Shown here piece after piece: positions 1 through 9,598 of a stretch of DNA of 64,000 bases. A model generated the notes under the pieces. It searched no databases. It saw nothing but the letters and a program-made list of their open reading frames with translations, and had not been told where the DNA came from. Source of the stretch: Spirochaetia bacterium (lineage in GTDB: Bacteria > Spirochaetota > Spirochaetia > DSM-2461); the NCBI GenBank assembly GCA_963666985.2, contig CAXXIA010000002.1, positions 2,208,001-2,272,000 of the forward strand. The letters are read 5' to 3'. The stretch's first letter is position 1. Every line of letters begins with the position of its first letter. The translations under genes and the position numbers were made by a program.

Positions 1-1
1 T

Positions 2-673
2 TGCGGTCGCAGGAGCGCGGCGGATGTGGATGAATCCCTGGACCCTCTTCGAAAGGCCGGCGGGGAGGTTCTCTATATGAGGGCGGATATCGGTTCGGGC
101 AATGACAGAGCTTCTCTGCTGGATGCGGTTTGGGAGCGATTCGGCCGGCTGGATGTTCTGGTGAACAATGCCGGAATGGCGCCGCGGGAGAGACGGGACA
201 TTCTGGAGGCAACCGAAGAGAGTTTCGATGAGGTGATGGGAACGAATCTTCGGGGTCCGTATTTTCTCACTCAGGCGGCGGCCCGCCGTATGGTGGAGGC
301 ATCCAAAGAGGGGCTTCGGGGGTCAATCGTTTTTATAACATCGGTTTCATCAACGGTTGCCTCGGTGAGCCGGGGAGAATACTGTCTCTCGAAGGCCGCT
401 TTAAGCATGGCCGCGCGTCTTTGGGCGGTTCGTCTGGCCGAGTTCGGAATCAACGTGTACGAAGTCCGTCCCGGAGTGATTTCCACGGACATGACCTCCG
501 GCGTGAAGGAAAAGTACGACAGCCTTTTTTCCGATGGGCTGGCACTCCAGCAAAGATGGGGAACTCCGGAGGATGTCGGCCGGGCGGTGGCGGCTCTTGT
601 TCGGGGTGACTTCCCTTATTCCACGGGTCAGGCTATCAATGTCGACGGGGGCATGACGGTCGGGCGATTGTGA
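2..673 (+). CDS. Short-chain dehydrogenase/reductase (3-ketoacyl-ACP-reductase-like), 5'-truncated by window edge
   Basis: LVNNAG, catalytic YCLSK (YxxxK) and C-terminal VDGG motifs. The frame is open back to base 2 and the TGxxxGIG motif is absent, so the true start lies upstream of the window. Confidence 0.9.
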   Translation, partial: CGRRSAADVDESLDPLRKAGGEVLYMRADIGSGNDRASLLDAVWERFGRLDVLVNNAGMAPRERRDILEATEESFDEVMGTNLRGPYFLTQAAARRMVEASKEGLRGSIVFITSVSSTVASVSRGEYCLSKAALSMAARLWAVRLAEFGINVYEVRPGVISTDMTSGVKEKYDSLFSDGLALQQRWGTPEDVGRAVAALVRGDFPYSTGQAINVDGGMTVGRL

Positions 674-846
674 TTATCAGCGCCGCGCGATACGAAGCTG
701 TCGGCCGTCTCTGATAATCGGCGGCTTGCGAAACGAGTCCGGCGTTTTTTATATGTGTCCGAAGCCGGAGCCGACTGCGGGGGATAACCTCAGCCGGAGT
801 ATGACTTCGGCCGTCTGGAATATCGGCGGGAAGGAGGCGTTGCGGA

Positions 847-2925
847 ATGGCGAATAAAGAAAATCGCGAGTGTTTATCGCTTCGTCGGCATCGTTCCAAG
901 GTTCTCATCATCGGTTCCGGCGCGGCCGGGCTGAACGCGGCTCTTCAGCTTCACGTTCGGGGCATCGAAGACATCATCATCATCACCGAGTCCCTGGACG
1001 GGGGAACCTCCATCAATACCGGATCGGATAAACAGACCTACTATAAAATCGGAATGAACGGTTCGGCCGGGGATTCACCCCGTGCCATGGCGGCTCAGTA
1101 TCTGAAAGCCGGTTCCATGCACGGAGATTTGGCTCTGGTGGAAGCCGCCGTTTCCGCTCGGGCTTTCCTGAATCTGGTGAATCTGGGCGTGGATTTCCCC
1201 ACCGACGAGTACGGGCAGTTCATCGGCTATCAAACCGATCATGACGAGGTGGGGCGGGGCAGTTCCGTGGGACCTTATACCTCGCGGGATATGTGCCGCG
1301 CCCTGATTGCCGAGGTTCTCCGCCGGGGAATCCGCATTGATGAAAACCGCCACGCAGCCCGTCTTGTTTGGGTGAATGAAGGGGAAGAGCGCCGGGTTGT
1401 CGGAGCTTTGGCTCCGGACGAGTCGGGGAATCTTCACGCCTATCGGGCGGATCATACGGTTTTCGCCGTGGGCGGTCCGGGAGGACTCTATGCTCGGAGC
1501 GTGTATCCGGCGGTGCATATCGGCGCCATCGGTTTGGCTCTGGAAGCCGGAGCTCTGGCTCGAGGCTTGCCGGAGTGCCAGTACGGTTTGGCTTCGACGA
1601 AGTTTCGCTGGAATGTTTCGGGAACCTTTATGCAGGTTATTCCGCGGTTCGTTTCCACCGATGCCGACGGAGTGAGCGGTGAGCGGGAGTTTTTAAACGG
1701 CTACTTTCCCCGGCCTGAAAACGCCCATTCGATGGTGTTCCTCAAGGGCTACCAATGGCCCTTCGATGCGGCGAAACTGCCCGAAGGATCATCCCTTATC
1801 GACATTTTGGTTTATATCGAAACGGTGGAAAAGGGACGGCGGGTCTTTTTGGATTTCCGGAGCAATCCGGAGGGATTCGACTTTTCCTCTCTGAGTCCGG
1901 AGGCCCGTGAATACCTGGAAAAATCCGGTGCGCTGCAGGAGAGTCCTTTGGAGCGGCTGACTCATATGAATCCCGGCGCCGTCGAACTGTACGCGGCGCA
2001 TCATATCGATCTTTCATCCGAAATGCTGGAAATCGCCGTCTGCGCGCAGCACAACAACGGCGGGCTGGCCGCCGATCTTTGGTGGCGGTCGGAGAATCTG
2101 AAGGGCTTTTATCCGGTGGGTGAGGTGAACGGATCCCACGGCGTGGCCCGGCCGGGAGGTTCGGCCTTGAACGCGGGGCAGGTGGGCGGATTTCGGATTG
2201 CCGAGATTCTCAGCCGATGCGGCGGCGATGGCGGTTTTGGCGGCGTGATTCCGGATTCGGTTGATGAGGGTGACGGCGTTTTCGCGGAGGCTGCCGAGCG
2301 GCCGAATCCCGCAGGTACGGAAGCCGCTTTCGCCGAAGCCGCAGATACAGAGCTGCCGAATTCCTCCGTCATAGACAGCGTCTTTGAGGAGGCTGCGGCG
2401 GATCTTGAAGGCTTTCTCGGTCGCTGCCGAAAGGCATCCGTTTCCTGGAAGGATGTTCGTTCTGAAATTCAGGGCCGCATGACCCGGTTCGGGGCGCATA
2501 TCCGTTCCGAGCAGGGGTTAAAAGAAGCCGTGGAAGAGGCCCGGCGCCTCAAGAAGTTTTTGGACGAGTCTGGCTGCCGGGCTGAAACGCCTCGGGATGC
2601 GGTACAGGCCCTGCGAAACCGCCATCTCTGCCTGGCGCATCTGGTGTATCTGGAAGCGATGCTCTTTCAGCTTCGCGGCGGAGTCGGGTCCCGGGGTTCG
2701 GCCATGGTCCGCGGAAGCGGCGGCCGCCGAATTCATCCTGATTTGGATGAAGTTTCGTGGTCTTTCAGAGAAGAGAATCCCGCTTTTCGGGATTTTGTTC
2801 TGGAGACTCTCTGGAAGGATGATGGCGTTCAGAATATCTGGGTGCCGGTACGCCCGCTGCCTCAAACCGACGATTGGTTTGAAACCGCCTGGGCGCGGTA
2901 TCGGAACGGGGAAATTTACTGCTGA
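847..2925 (+). CDS. FAD-binding oxidoreductase, succinate dehydrogenase/fumarate reductase flavoprotein-like
   Basis: IIGSGAAG dinucleotide fold, QHNNGG, GEVNGSHG and RPGGSAL motifs; SD AAGGAGG upstream; no Fe-S or anchor subunit genes adjacent. Confidence 0.8.
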   Translation: MANKENRECLSLRRHRSKVLIIGSGAAGLNAALQLHVRGIEDIIIITESLDGGTSINTGSDKQTYYKIGMNGSAGDSPRAMAAQYLKAGSMHGDLALVEAAVSARAFLNLVNLGVDFPTDEYGQFIGYQTDHDEVGRGSSVGPYTSRDMCRALIAEVLRRGIRIDENRHAARLVWVNEGEERRVVGALAPDESGNLHAYRADHTVFAVGGPGGLYARSVYPAVHIGAIGLALEAGALARGLPECQYGLASTKFRWNVSGTFMQVIPRFVSTDADGVSGEREFLNGYFPRPENAHSMVFLKGYQWPFDAAKLPEGSSLIDILVYIETVEKGRRVFLDFRSNPEGFDFSSLSPEAREYLEKSGALQESPLERLTHMNPGAVELYAAHHIDLSSEMLEIAVCAQHNNGGLAADLWWRSENLKGFYPVGEVNGSHGVARPGGSALNAGQVGGFRIAEILSRCGGDGGFGGVIPDSVDEGDGVFAEAAERPNPAGTEAAFAEAADTELPNSSVIDSVFEEAAADLEGFLGRCRKASVSWKDVRSEIQGRMTRFGAHIRSEQGLKEAVEEARRLKKFLDESGCRAETPRDAVQALRNRHLCLAHLVYLEAMLFQLRGGVGSRGSAMVRGSGGRRIHPDLDEVSWSFREENPAFRDFVLETLWKDDGVQNIWVPVRPLPQTDDWFETAWARYRNGEIYC

Positions 2926-3109
2926 AGAGACTGTGGTGACGGCGGGAATTACTCGATTTCAGGAACAGCGGTAACGTTCTCGGATGGAAATCTTGATGCG
3001 AATTCCGATGATTTCAGCGACAATTCCATTACCGATAAATGGGGAACCTCGTATACAAAGCAGTAGAAAAAGAAGCGGATTCAAAATGATATAAACGGTT
3101 TCTTACGTG

Positions 3110-3137
3110 AAAAGGCGGCCCACAGCGGCCGCCTTTT
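3110..3137. terminator. Bidirectional intrinsic terminator
   Basis: AAAAGGCGGCC-cacagc-GGCCGCCTTTT perfect stem with A and T tails. Confidence 0.8.
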
Positions 3138-3162
3138 ACATATCCTTAATACAATTAATAAC

Positions 3163-3191
3163 TTGACTGTATATATGGACGGCAGTACAAT
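3163..3191 (+). promoter_or_regulatory. Sigma70-type promoter for the epimerase operon
   Basis: TTGACT-N17-TACAAT, about 50 bp upstream of ATG 3242. Confidence 0.7.
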
Positions 3192-3241
3192 TTAACAATA
3201 CCAACTATATTTTTGCTTTTTTGGTTGTGTAGGAGTCGTTT

Positions 3242-4279
3242 ATGAAGTTGTGGCCGGATGTGATTGAAACTGAAGAAGAACTTGATGAATTTATCAGTGA
3301 ACCTCCGCAAAAAATTGTGGACTCCGTCGGTAAATGGAAGGGAACGACTGTTGTTTTAGGCGTCGGCGGAAAGATGGGCGGGCATTTGGCCCGTATGATT
3401 GTTCGGGCCGGAGATGCCGCGGGCGGTTCGGGACGCGTTGTCGGTGTTTCCCGTTTCTCCGATTCCTCCGTCCGTGAATCCCTCGAGTCCTTCGGTATTG
3501 AAACGGTCTCCGCCGATCTTCTGGATGATTCATCCCTGAGAGCTCTCCCCGATGCCGACCGTGTGATTTATATGGCGGGCCGGAAATTCGGAACGCAAGG
3601 TTCCGAGGGACTGACATGGGCCATGAATACTCTTGCTCCCGCGGCCGCCGTCCGCCGTTATGCGGGTGTTCCCATGGTGGCCTATTCCACGGGGGCTGTT
3701 TACGATCGTGTTCCTGTTGAAAGCGGCGGCGCCGTTGAAGATTCGCCGTTAACGCCCCTGGGAGAATACGCCAACGCTGCGGTGGGCCGTGAACGCGTTC
3801 TGGAGTATGTCGGTTCCGAGACGAAAACGCCGATTTGCCTTTTTCGGCTGTTTTACTCCATCGATCTCCGCTACGGGGTTTTAAGAGATATCGGAGACAA
3901 AGTTGCCGCCGGTGAGGTTGTCGATTTGAATATGGGATATGTGAATGTCATTTGGCAGAGGGACGCCGTTGCCGCTTCCCTGCTTTGTTTTGATCTGTGT
4001 GGAATCCCGGCACGTCCGGTGAACGTGACCGGAAATGAAACCGTCGCCGTTCAAGATATTGCCCGGCGGTTCGGTGAACTTTTTGGACGTCCTCCGGTGT
4101 TCTCCGGAAAAAGCGCACCCGATGCCTTATTGGGAAATACAAGCCTGGCGAACAAATTAATCGGTTCTCCCGAGGTTCCTCTGGAAATGATGATTCGATG
4201 GACGGCCGCCTGGATTCAGTCCGGAGGATCCAACTTGGGTAAGCCGACTCATTTTGAAGTTCGCGACGGCCAATATTAA
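3242..4279 (+). CDS. NAD-dependent epimerase/dehydratase family protein
   Basis: VLGVGGKMG Rossmann motif, AGRKFG, STGAVY; SD AGGAG. Confidence 0.85.
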   Translation: MKLWPDVIETEEELDEFISEPPQKIVDSVGKWKGTTVVLGVGGKMGGHLARMIVRAGDAAGGSGRVVGVSRFSDSSVRESLESFGIETVSADLLDDSSLRALPDADRVIYMAGRKFGTQGSEGLTWAMNTLAPAAAVRRYAGVPMVAYSTGAVYDRVPVESGGAVEDSPLTPLGEYANAAVGRERVLEYVGSETKTPICLFRLFYSIDLRYGVLRDIGDKVAAGEVVDLNMGYVNVIWQRDAVAASLLCFDLCGIPARPVNVTGNETVAVQDIARRFGELFGRPPVFSGKSAPDALLGNTSLANKLIGSPEVPLEMMIRWTAAWIQSGGSNLGKPTHFEVRDGQY

Positions 4280-4314
4280 CCTTTTGAATACGGCGGAGCA
4301 TTAAGGAGACCTTC

Positions 4315-5388
4315 ATGGAAATAGACAACATACCTTCCGATGTGCTGGACCGGTTTCGAACCGGATGTGTTATTCCCGCCATGCCTTTGGCTTTAAAGGC
4401 GGATGGAAGTTTCGATGAAATCAGCCAAAGGGCCCTTTTACGTTATTATTCGGATTCCGGCGCCGGCGGTTTGGCCGTCGGCGTGCATTCCACTCAATTC
4501 GCCGTGCGTGAGAGACCGGGATTTTTACAGGAATTGCTCACGTTCGCTTCAAAAAATCTGGACGAATGGAATCGGCCCAAAGCCGTTCCCTTTATGAAAA
4601 TCGCCGGCATTTGCGGAAGCCGGGATCAGGCTTTATCGGAAGCGGCCCTTGCCGCCGATGCCGGATTCCATGCGGGACTTTTAAGTTTGAAGGATTTGAA
4701 GGGACGCAGCGAAAGGGAACTTCTGGACCATGCCCGGGCCGTCGCGGAGGTTCTCCCGCTTATCGGTTTTTACCTTCAGCCGACAATCGGCGGTATGAGA
4801 CTCTCATATTCCTTTTGGAAAGGTTTTGCGTCTCTGGAGAACGTCATCGGCGTTAAGGCGGCTCCGTTCAATCGGTATGCCACCTTGGATGTGATCAGAG
4901 GCGTCGCCGATTCCGAACGGGCCGATTTGGTAAGTCTCTACACCGGAAACGACGACAGTATCGTGTCTGATTTCATATCGCCGTTTTCCGTGAAGAAAGC
5001 GGACGGAAGCGTTGTTGAAATGTCTTTTGTCGGAGGACTTTTGGGGCATTGGGGGGTGTGGACTTCCGCGGCCGTTCGGCTGTTCGAAACGCTTCGTAAA
5101 GTGATGGATAGCGGAGAATCCGTTTCTCAAGATATCTTAAGACTGGCAGCGGAGGTTACCGATATGAATTCCGCGGTTTTCGATGCGGCCAACGGCTTTG
5201 CCGGATGCATTCCGGGAATCCATGAAGTTCTCTATCGTCAGGGGCTGACCGAATCTCCGCGATGCCTGAATTCGGAAGAAATCCTTTCTCCCGGACAAGC
5301 CGATGAGATTTCTCGTGTTTGCGTTTCATATCCGCATCTTATAGATAATGACTTTGTTGCCGAACATTTAAGCAAATGGCGAAGTTAA
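4315..5388 (+). CDS. Dihydrodipicolinate synthase (class I aldolase) family protein
   Basis: IPAMPLAL, GVHSTQF, FYLQP, GVKAAPF (Schiff-base Lys) and LYTGNDD; SD AAGGAG. Confidence 0.85.
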   Translation: MEIDNIPSDVLDRFRTGCVIPAMPLALKADGSFDEISQRALLRYYSDSGAGGLAVGVHSTQFAVRERPGFLQELLTFASKNLDEWNRPKAVPFMKIAGICGSRDQALSEAALAADAGFHAGLLSLKDLKGRSERELLDHARAVAEVLPLIGFYLQPTIGGMRLSYSFWKGFASLENVIGVKAAPFNRYATLDVIRGVADSERADLVSLYTGNDDSIVSDFISPFSVKKADGSVVEMSFVGGLLGHWGVWTSAAVRLFETLRKVMDSGESVSQDILRLAAEVTDMNSAVFDAANGFAGCIPGIHEVLYRQGLTESPRCLNSEEILSPGQADEISRVCVSYPHLIDNDFVAEHLSKWRS

Positions 5389-6014
5389 AAACTAAACGAG
5401 AAGGTATTGAAGCTTCTTCGGTAAGAGGCCGTGCGACACGGGACCGAATCTTTCGGGTCGCTACCGCCGAGTTTGCCGCCAAGGGGTATGACGGAGCCCG
5501 CATCGATGTTATTGCCGAAAAAGCGGGAATCAACAAGCAGCGGATTTATGCCTATTTCGGTGATAAAGACGGTCTGTTCACGGAAGTTTGGAAACATACT
5601 CTGGATCTTCTTTACGAAGAAGACAGTCAGTTCGGTGATTTGGGAGAACAGGATGTTCCGAATCTGGGAAGGATTATTCTGAAAAGTTATATGGACTTCC
5701 ATGATTCGCATCCCGAATTCTGGCGGATATTCGTTATCGAAAATCTTGTCGGCGGAAGACACGGCCGTCCGAGCCGCCGGAGAAAAGGTCAGCCCTACGG
5801 TCATCTTCGGGAACTTTATGCCATGGGTCAGAAGAAAGAATTTTACGACAAGAATGTTTCCTTTGAAGCGTTCATTTTCGTTTTAACCGGCATCAGTTCT
5901 TTTTATACTTCCAATAAGAAAACCATGACCGACACCTTGGGAATCAATCTTCTGGATTCGTCGGTTAAGGAACGTCTTATCGAAGAAATGGACCGAATGC
6001 TTTTTGGAAAGTAG
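5376..6014 (+). CDS. TetR/AcrR family transcriptional regulator
   Basis: EFAAKGYDGARIDVIAEKAGINKQRIYAYFGDK helix-turn-helix. Confidence 0.93.
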   Translation: MAKLKTKREGIEASSVRGRATRDRIFRVATAEFAAKGYDGARIDVIAEKAGINKQRIYAYFGDKDGLFTEVWKHTLDLLYEEDSQFGDLGEQDVPNLGRIILKSYMDFHDSHPEFWRIFVIENLVGGRHGRPSRRRKGQPYGHLRELYAMGQKKEFYDKNVSFEAFIFVLTGISSFYTSNKKTMTDTLGINLLDSSVKERLIEEMDRMLFGK

Positions 6015-6023
6015 TCATCATAA

Positions 6024-7286
6024 ATGAATGTTTATTTGCCTGAGAACGCTGTTGAAGCCGTTCTCGGCCGTGCCGCTGAATTCCGTCATGCCCTGCACGC
6101 AGCACCGGAAACCGCATTGGAAGAACAGGAAACCAGAAATCTCCTGCTGGAGTATTTGGGAGAAGGATTCCGGTATAAAGAGCCTCTTCTCGGCACCGAT
6201 CTTATTGTTGAATGGCCCGGACGGGATGATTCGGTTTGTATCGCCTTGCGTGCCGATATGGACGCTTTGGCCCTGGAAGAAGAGACCGGCCGAAGCTGGT
6301 CTTCACGGAATCCGGGCAAGATGCATGCCTGCGGACACGACGGCCATATGGCGATTCTGGCTTCCGCGGCCTTAATGCTCAAAGAAAACAAGTGTCTTCC
6401 TCCCGTGACGGTTCGTTTTGTTTTTCAGCCGGGTGAGGAGGTGGTTGGAGCCGGAAGAACTCTGGCCGCCCGAGGGGCTTATTCCGGTGCCCGGGCCGCC
6501 TTCGCGCTGCATGGGTGGCCCGATGTGCCGCTGGGATCCATAGCCTTTAGGGAAGGAATCTTTTTCGGAGCCAGTCACCATTTTTCCGCATTGTTCCGGG
6601 GAAAGGGGGGACATGGAGCCCATCCCGAACGTTCGAAGAATCCGCTGCCTGTTGCGGCCGAGGCCTTATTGAAGCTCAATGCCCTGGGCGATTCCCTGGA
6701 TTACCGGATGGGTGAGGTGGTTTCGGTCTGCTCCCTCCAGGGCGGCCGTGCGTCCAATGTTATTCCGGAGGCGGCCCGCCTTATGGGAACGGTCCGGTAT
6801 CGGGAGGCTTGCAGAGGCGAAGCTTTGGAGAAGGAAGTTCGCCGCATTATTACGGAAGCCGCCGAGAAGGGCGGTATTTCCGCGGATTTGGATTACGACC
6901 GGGCTTACGAGGTTCCCGTGGTGAATCATCCGTCAGGATGCGCGGCTCTTAAGAGGGCCGCGGCCGGTTCGCATATAGCTGCTCCACTGACTTGCGGTTC
7001 GTCGGAAACCGGTTCACCCGCGGCCTATTCGTCTCATTCTGATTTGCGGGAAAGCGTCGGTTGTTCATTATCATTCAGGCCCATCCCGGTTATTGAGACA
7101 ACCGAGATTGAACGCGGTTCGGAAGATTTCGCCTACGCTCTGGAGTTGGTGCCCGGCGCTCTTTTTAAGCTGGGACTGGGTGATGTCGCGCCGCTGCATT
7201 CCCCCCATTTCGATTTTCCCGACGAGGCTTTGGGTTTCGGGATTGCGATGATGGGACGTTTGGCCATGAACGGAGGCTCTTCATGA
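6024..7286 (+). CDS. M20D amidohydrolase (hippurate/N-acyl-amino-acid hydrolase family)
   Basis: LRADMDAL, MHACGHDGH, FQPGEE, GGHGAHP, SEDF and LHSP motifs. Confidence 0.92.
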   Translation: MNVYLPENAVEAVLGRAAEFRHALHAAPETALEEQETRNLLLEYLGEGFRYKEPLLGTDLIVEWPGRDDSVCIALRADMDALALEEETGRSWSSRNPGKMHACGHDGHMAILASAALMLKENKCLPPVTVRFVFQPGEEVVGAGRTLAARGAYSGARAAFALHGWPDVPLGSIAFREGIFFGASHHFSALFRGKGGHGAHPERSKNPLPVAAEALLKLNALGDSLDYRMGEVVSVCSLQGGRASNVIPEAARLMGTVRYREACRGEALEKEVRRIITEAAEKGGISADLDYDRAYEVPVVNHPSGCAALKRAAAGSHIAAPLTCGSSETGSPAAYSSHSDLRESVGCSLSFRPIPVIETTEIERGSEDFAYALELVPGALFKLGLGDVAPLHSPHFDFPDEALGFGIAMMGRLAMNGGSS

Positions 7287-8437
7287 CTTTGGTTGGAAAA
7301 GATGTTTTCACCGGCGAGGCCATAGAACTTGAATTCGGTGAGGGGCGTATCCTTCGAAGGAAAAGCCTTTCTGAAACCGAGATTGATTTAGGGGGTCTTC
7401 CCTGGATTTCTCCCGGCTGGATCGATCTTCAGGTAAACGGCTGGATGGGCTTCAACTACAACGAAAAGATTGCGGATGCGGCCGAACTGGAATCCATCTG
7501 CGCTCTTTTGGCCGAGAGGGGAACGACACGGCATTTGCCGACAATCATCACCGCTTCTCCTGAAGATATTCTTCGCCGTCTTAAAAGTCTTACCGTTTTT
7601 CGGAGGGAATCACCCGAATTGCGGCGGAGGATTCCCGGATTTCACGTTGAGGGTCCCTTTATTTCGGAAGTTGACGGATTCAGGGGAGCGCATGAACGCC
7701 GATGGATTCGCGATCCTTCCCAAACCGAATTCGAGGACTGGATGGATGCCGCCGACGGACTGATAAAAATCGTCACACTGGCTCCCGAGCGCTCCGGTTC
7801 CCTGGATTTCATCGAGTTTTGTGTCTCCCGTGGAGTTGTTGTTTCACTGGGGCATACAAACGCCGATTCCGGCATTATCCGGGAAGCGGTCGCCGCCGGG
7901 GCACGGATGTCCACGCATTTCGGAAACGGCATGGCGGGAACGGTTCCCCGGCATGAGAATCCGCTTTGGCCGCAGCTGGCCGCCGATGCTCTGTGTCCTT
8001 CACTTATCGCGGATTCTCATCATCTGCCGGATGATTTCATGAAGTCTGTTTTCCTGGCGAAGGGACCGGGCCGGTTCGTTCTTGTCAGCGATGCCGCGCC
8101 TCCCGGAGGATTGCCCCCGGGGAGGGCCTTTTGGGGCGGTAGCGAGGTCGAGGTGGAACAAAGCGGCCGGGTTTCTTTGGCCGGTACGCCCTATCTGGCC
8201 GGAGCCGGTCATCTTTTGGATTCCGATGTGGCCCGGTTCATTTCGGCAACCGGATGTTCCGTGATGGAGGCCGTATCGGCGGTAACCATCACGCCGGCCG
8301 CCATGATCGGTATGGAGGATTCGTCAGCCTCCCTGAGTCCCGGATCCCAAGGGGATGCCGTGGCTTTCCGTTTGGAACCGGGCGCCGGATGGGTATCCAT
8401 TGAAACCGTTGTTGTTGACGGCCGCTCCGTTGAATAA
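7283..8437 (+). CDS. N-acetylglucosamine-6-phosphate deacetylase-like amidohydrolase
   Basis: PGWIDLQVNG, HVEGPF, TLAPE, GHT, THFGNGM, IAD and LVSD motifs; ATGA overlap with the upstream gene. Confidence 0.85.
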   Translation: MTLVGKDVFTGEAIELEFGEGRILRRKSLSETEIDLGGLPWISPGWIDLQVNGWMGFNYNEKIADAAELESICALLAERGTTRHLPTIITASPEDILRRLKSLTVFRRESPELRRRIPGFHVEGPFISEVDGFRGAHERRWIRDPSQTEFEDWMDAADGLIKIVTLAPERSGSLDFIEFCVSRGVVVSLGHTNADSGIIREAVAAGARMSTHFGNGMAGTVPRHENPLWPQLAADALCPSLIADSHHLPDDFMKSVFLAKGPGRFVLVSDAAPPGGLPPGRAFWGGSEVEVEQSGRVSLAGTPYLAGAGHLLDSDVARFISATGCSVMEAVSAVTITPAAMIGMEDSSASLSPGSQGDAVAFRLEPGAGWVSIETVVVDGRSVE

Positions 8438-8497
8438 TTTTACGGAATGGGAGTTTTTACATAGGGGCAAGAATAAACATTGTGCTGCTTTTTGCTC

Positions 8498-9391
8498 TTA
8501 TGTACTCAATGAATATCCGCTTTCTTTCAGCATCCCCATGAGCCTTTGTCCGTATTCGATGTAATTGGCCGCCCGTGCATCCGCATCGGCCGCGACCGAA
8601 GCATCATGATAAACAACTTTCATATGCGGCTCGATGGAAAAGCCCCCGTTGTATCCCCGGGCGGCAAGATCGGTCAGGATCAGCCCCACCTCTCCGCCTC
8701 CTTCTCCGGGCCAGTGATACTCTTCTCCTTTGATCTCCTGCACATAGCATGAGTCTTTGATATGGATGTGGGCAATGTGGTCCTTCACCTTTTCGTAAAA
8801 AGCAAGGGAGGACTGCATGGGGTAGGGAAAGTCCTTGTTGAAATCCGCGGTAACAGGAGGATTGCCGGTATCGAAAACCAGTTTCAGTCCCGGGACTTCC
8901 CGAATCATTTTGAGCGTGTGCTCCGGGCTCATGCCGCCCCAGGTGGCGCAATTTTCATGAACGGGGGTAATCTCGGCTTCCCGGAAGAGCCGGACAATGT
9001 GTTTCAGTCGACCGATCCGTTCTTCCGCCTTCTGGTCGTTTTTCGCCCGGCCGTCGGGTTCATAGAGGACTTTCCAGCTCATAATCCGCACGAACCGGCC
9101 CCCGAGAGCCTTCATCCGCCCGACGGCCCGCTCGACGGTGGCCAGAACGGCGTCGAAGTCTTCATTCCAATCATGGCCCCAATTGGCGATATTCGATCCC
9201 ATGGCCGTTGTTTTAATGCCGGCCTTTTCCAAGGCCTCCCGGGTCTTTTCGAAATCCTCATCGCTCAAGTCGTGCCAATTCGTCCCGTTAACGGCTCTCA
9301 GTTCGATTTCCGACCAGCCCAGTTTCTTCGTTATCGCAATCTGAGCGGCGATACCGTCGGCGGCTTCATCGGCGAATCCTGTTAAGAACAT
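8498..9391 (-). CDS. Sugar phosphate isomerase/epimerase (xylose-isomerase-like TIM barrel)
   Basis: GFADE, HEN, FDTGN, HIHIKD and SIEPH metal-binding motifs. Confidence 0.88.
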   Translation of the reverse strand: MFLTGFADEAADGIAAQIAITKKLGWSEIELRAVNGTNWHDLSDEDFEKTREALEKAGIKTTAMGSNIANWGHDWNEDFDAVLATVERAVGRMKALGGRFVRIMSWKVLYEPDGRAKNDQKAEERIGRLKHIVRLFREAEITPVHENCATWGGMSPEHTLKMIREVPGLKLVFDTGNPPVTADFNKDFPYPMQSSLAFYEKVKDHIAHIHIKDSCYVQEIKGEEYHWPGEGGGEVGLILTDLAARGYNGGFSIEPHMKVVYHDASVAADADARAANYIEYGQRLMGMLKESGYSLST

Positions 9392-9404
9392 GTTTTTCCC
9401 CTTT

Positions 9405-9565
9405 GAGGCTCTTTTAAAATATGTCTTTGATCCGTATACGGTGTTCGGCGGTGCTCGAAATGCTCATGCAGCCTCATTCCATTGCGCTTTCCGCGCTCCG
9501 GCGGCATCGAGCTGCGCGTCTCGTTCGCTATCTACGAACCAAATTCATTATTTTAAAAGAGCCTC
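9405..9565. repeat. Palindromic MITE-like element (RPE/ERIC-like), copy 1
   Basis: Perfect 17-bp terminal inverted repeats GAGGCTCTTTTAAAATA...TATTTTAAAAGAGCCTC; core TGCTCGAAATGCTCA...GCGCTTTC shared with the element at 26415. Confidence 0.8.
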
Positions 9566-9598
9566 TCTCGTTATGTTTTTTGTCGGCGGATTTAACGT

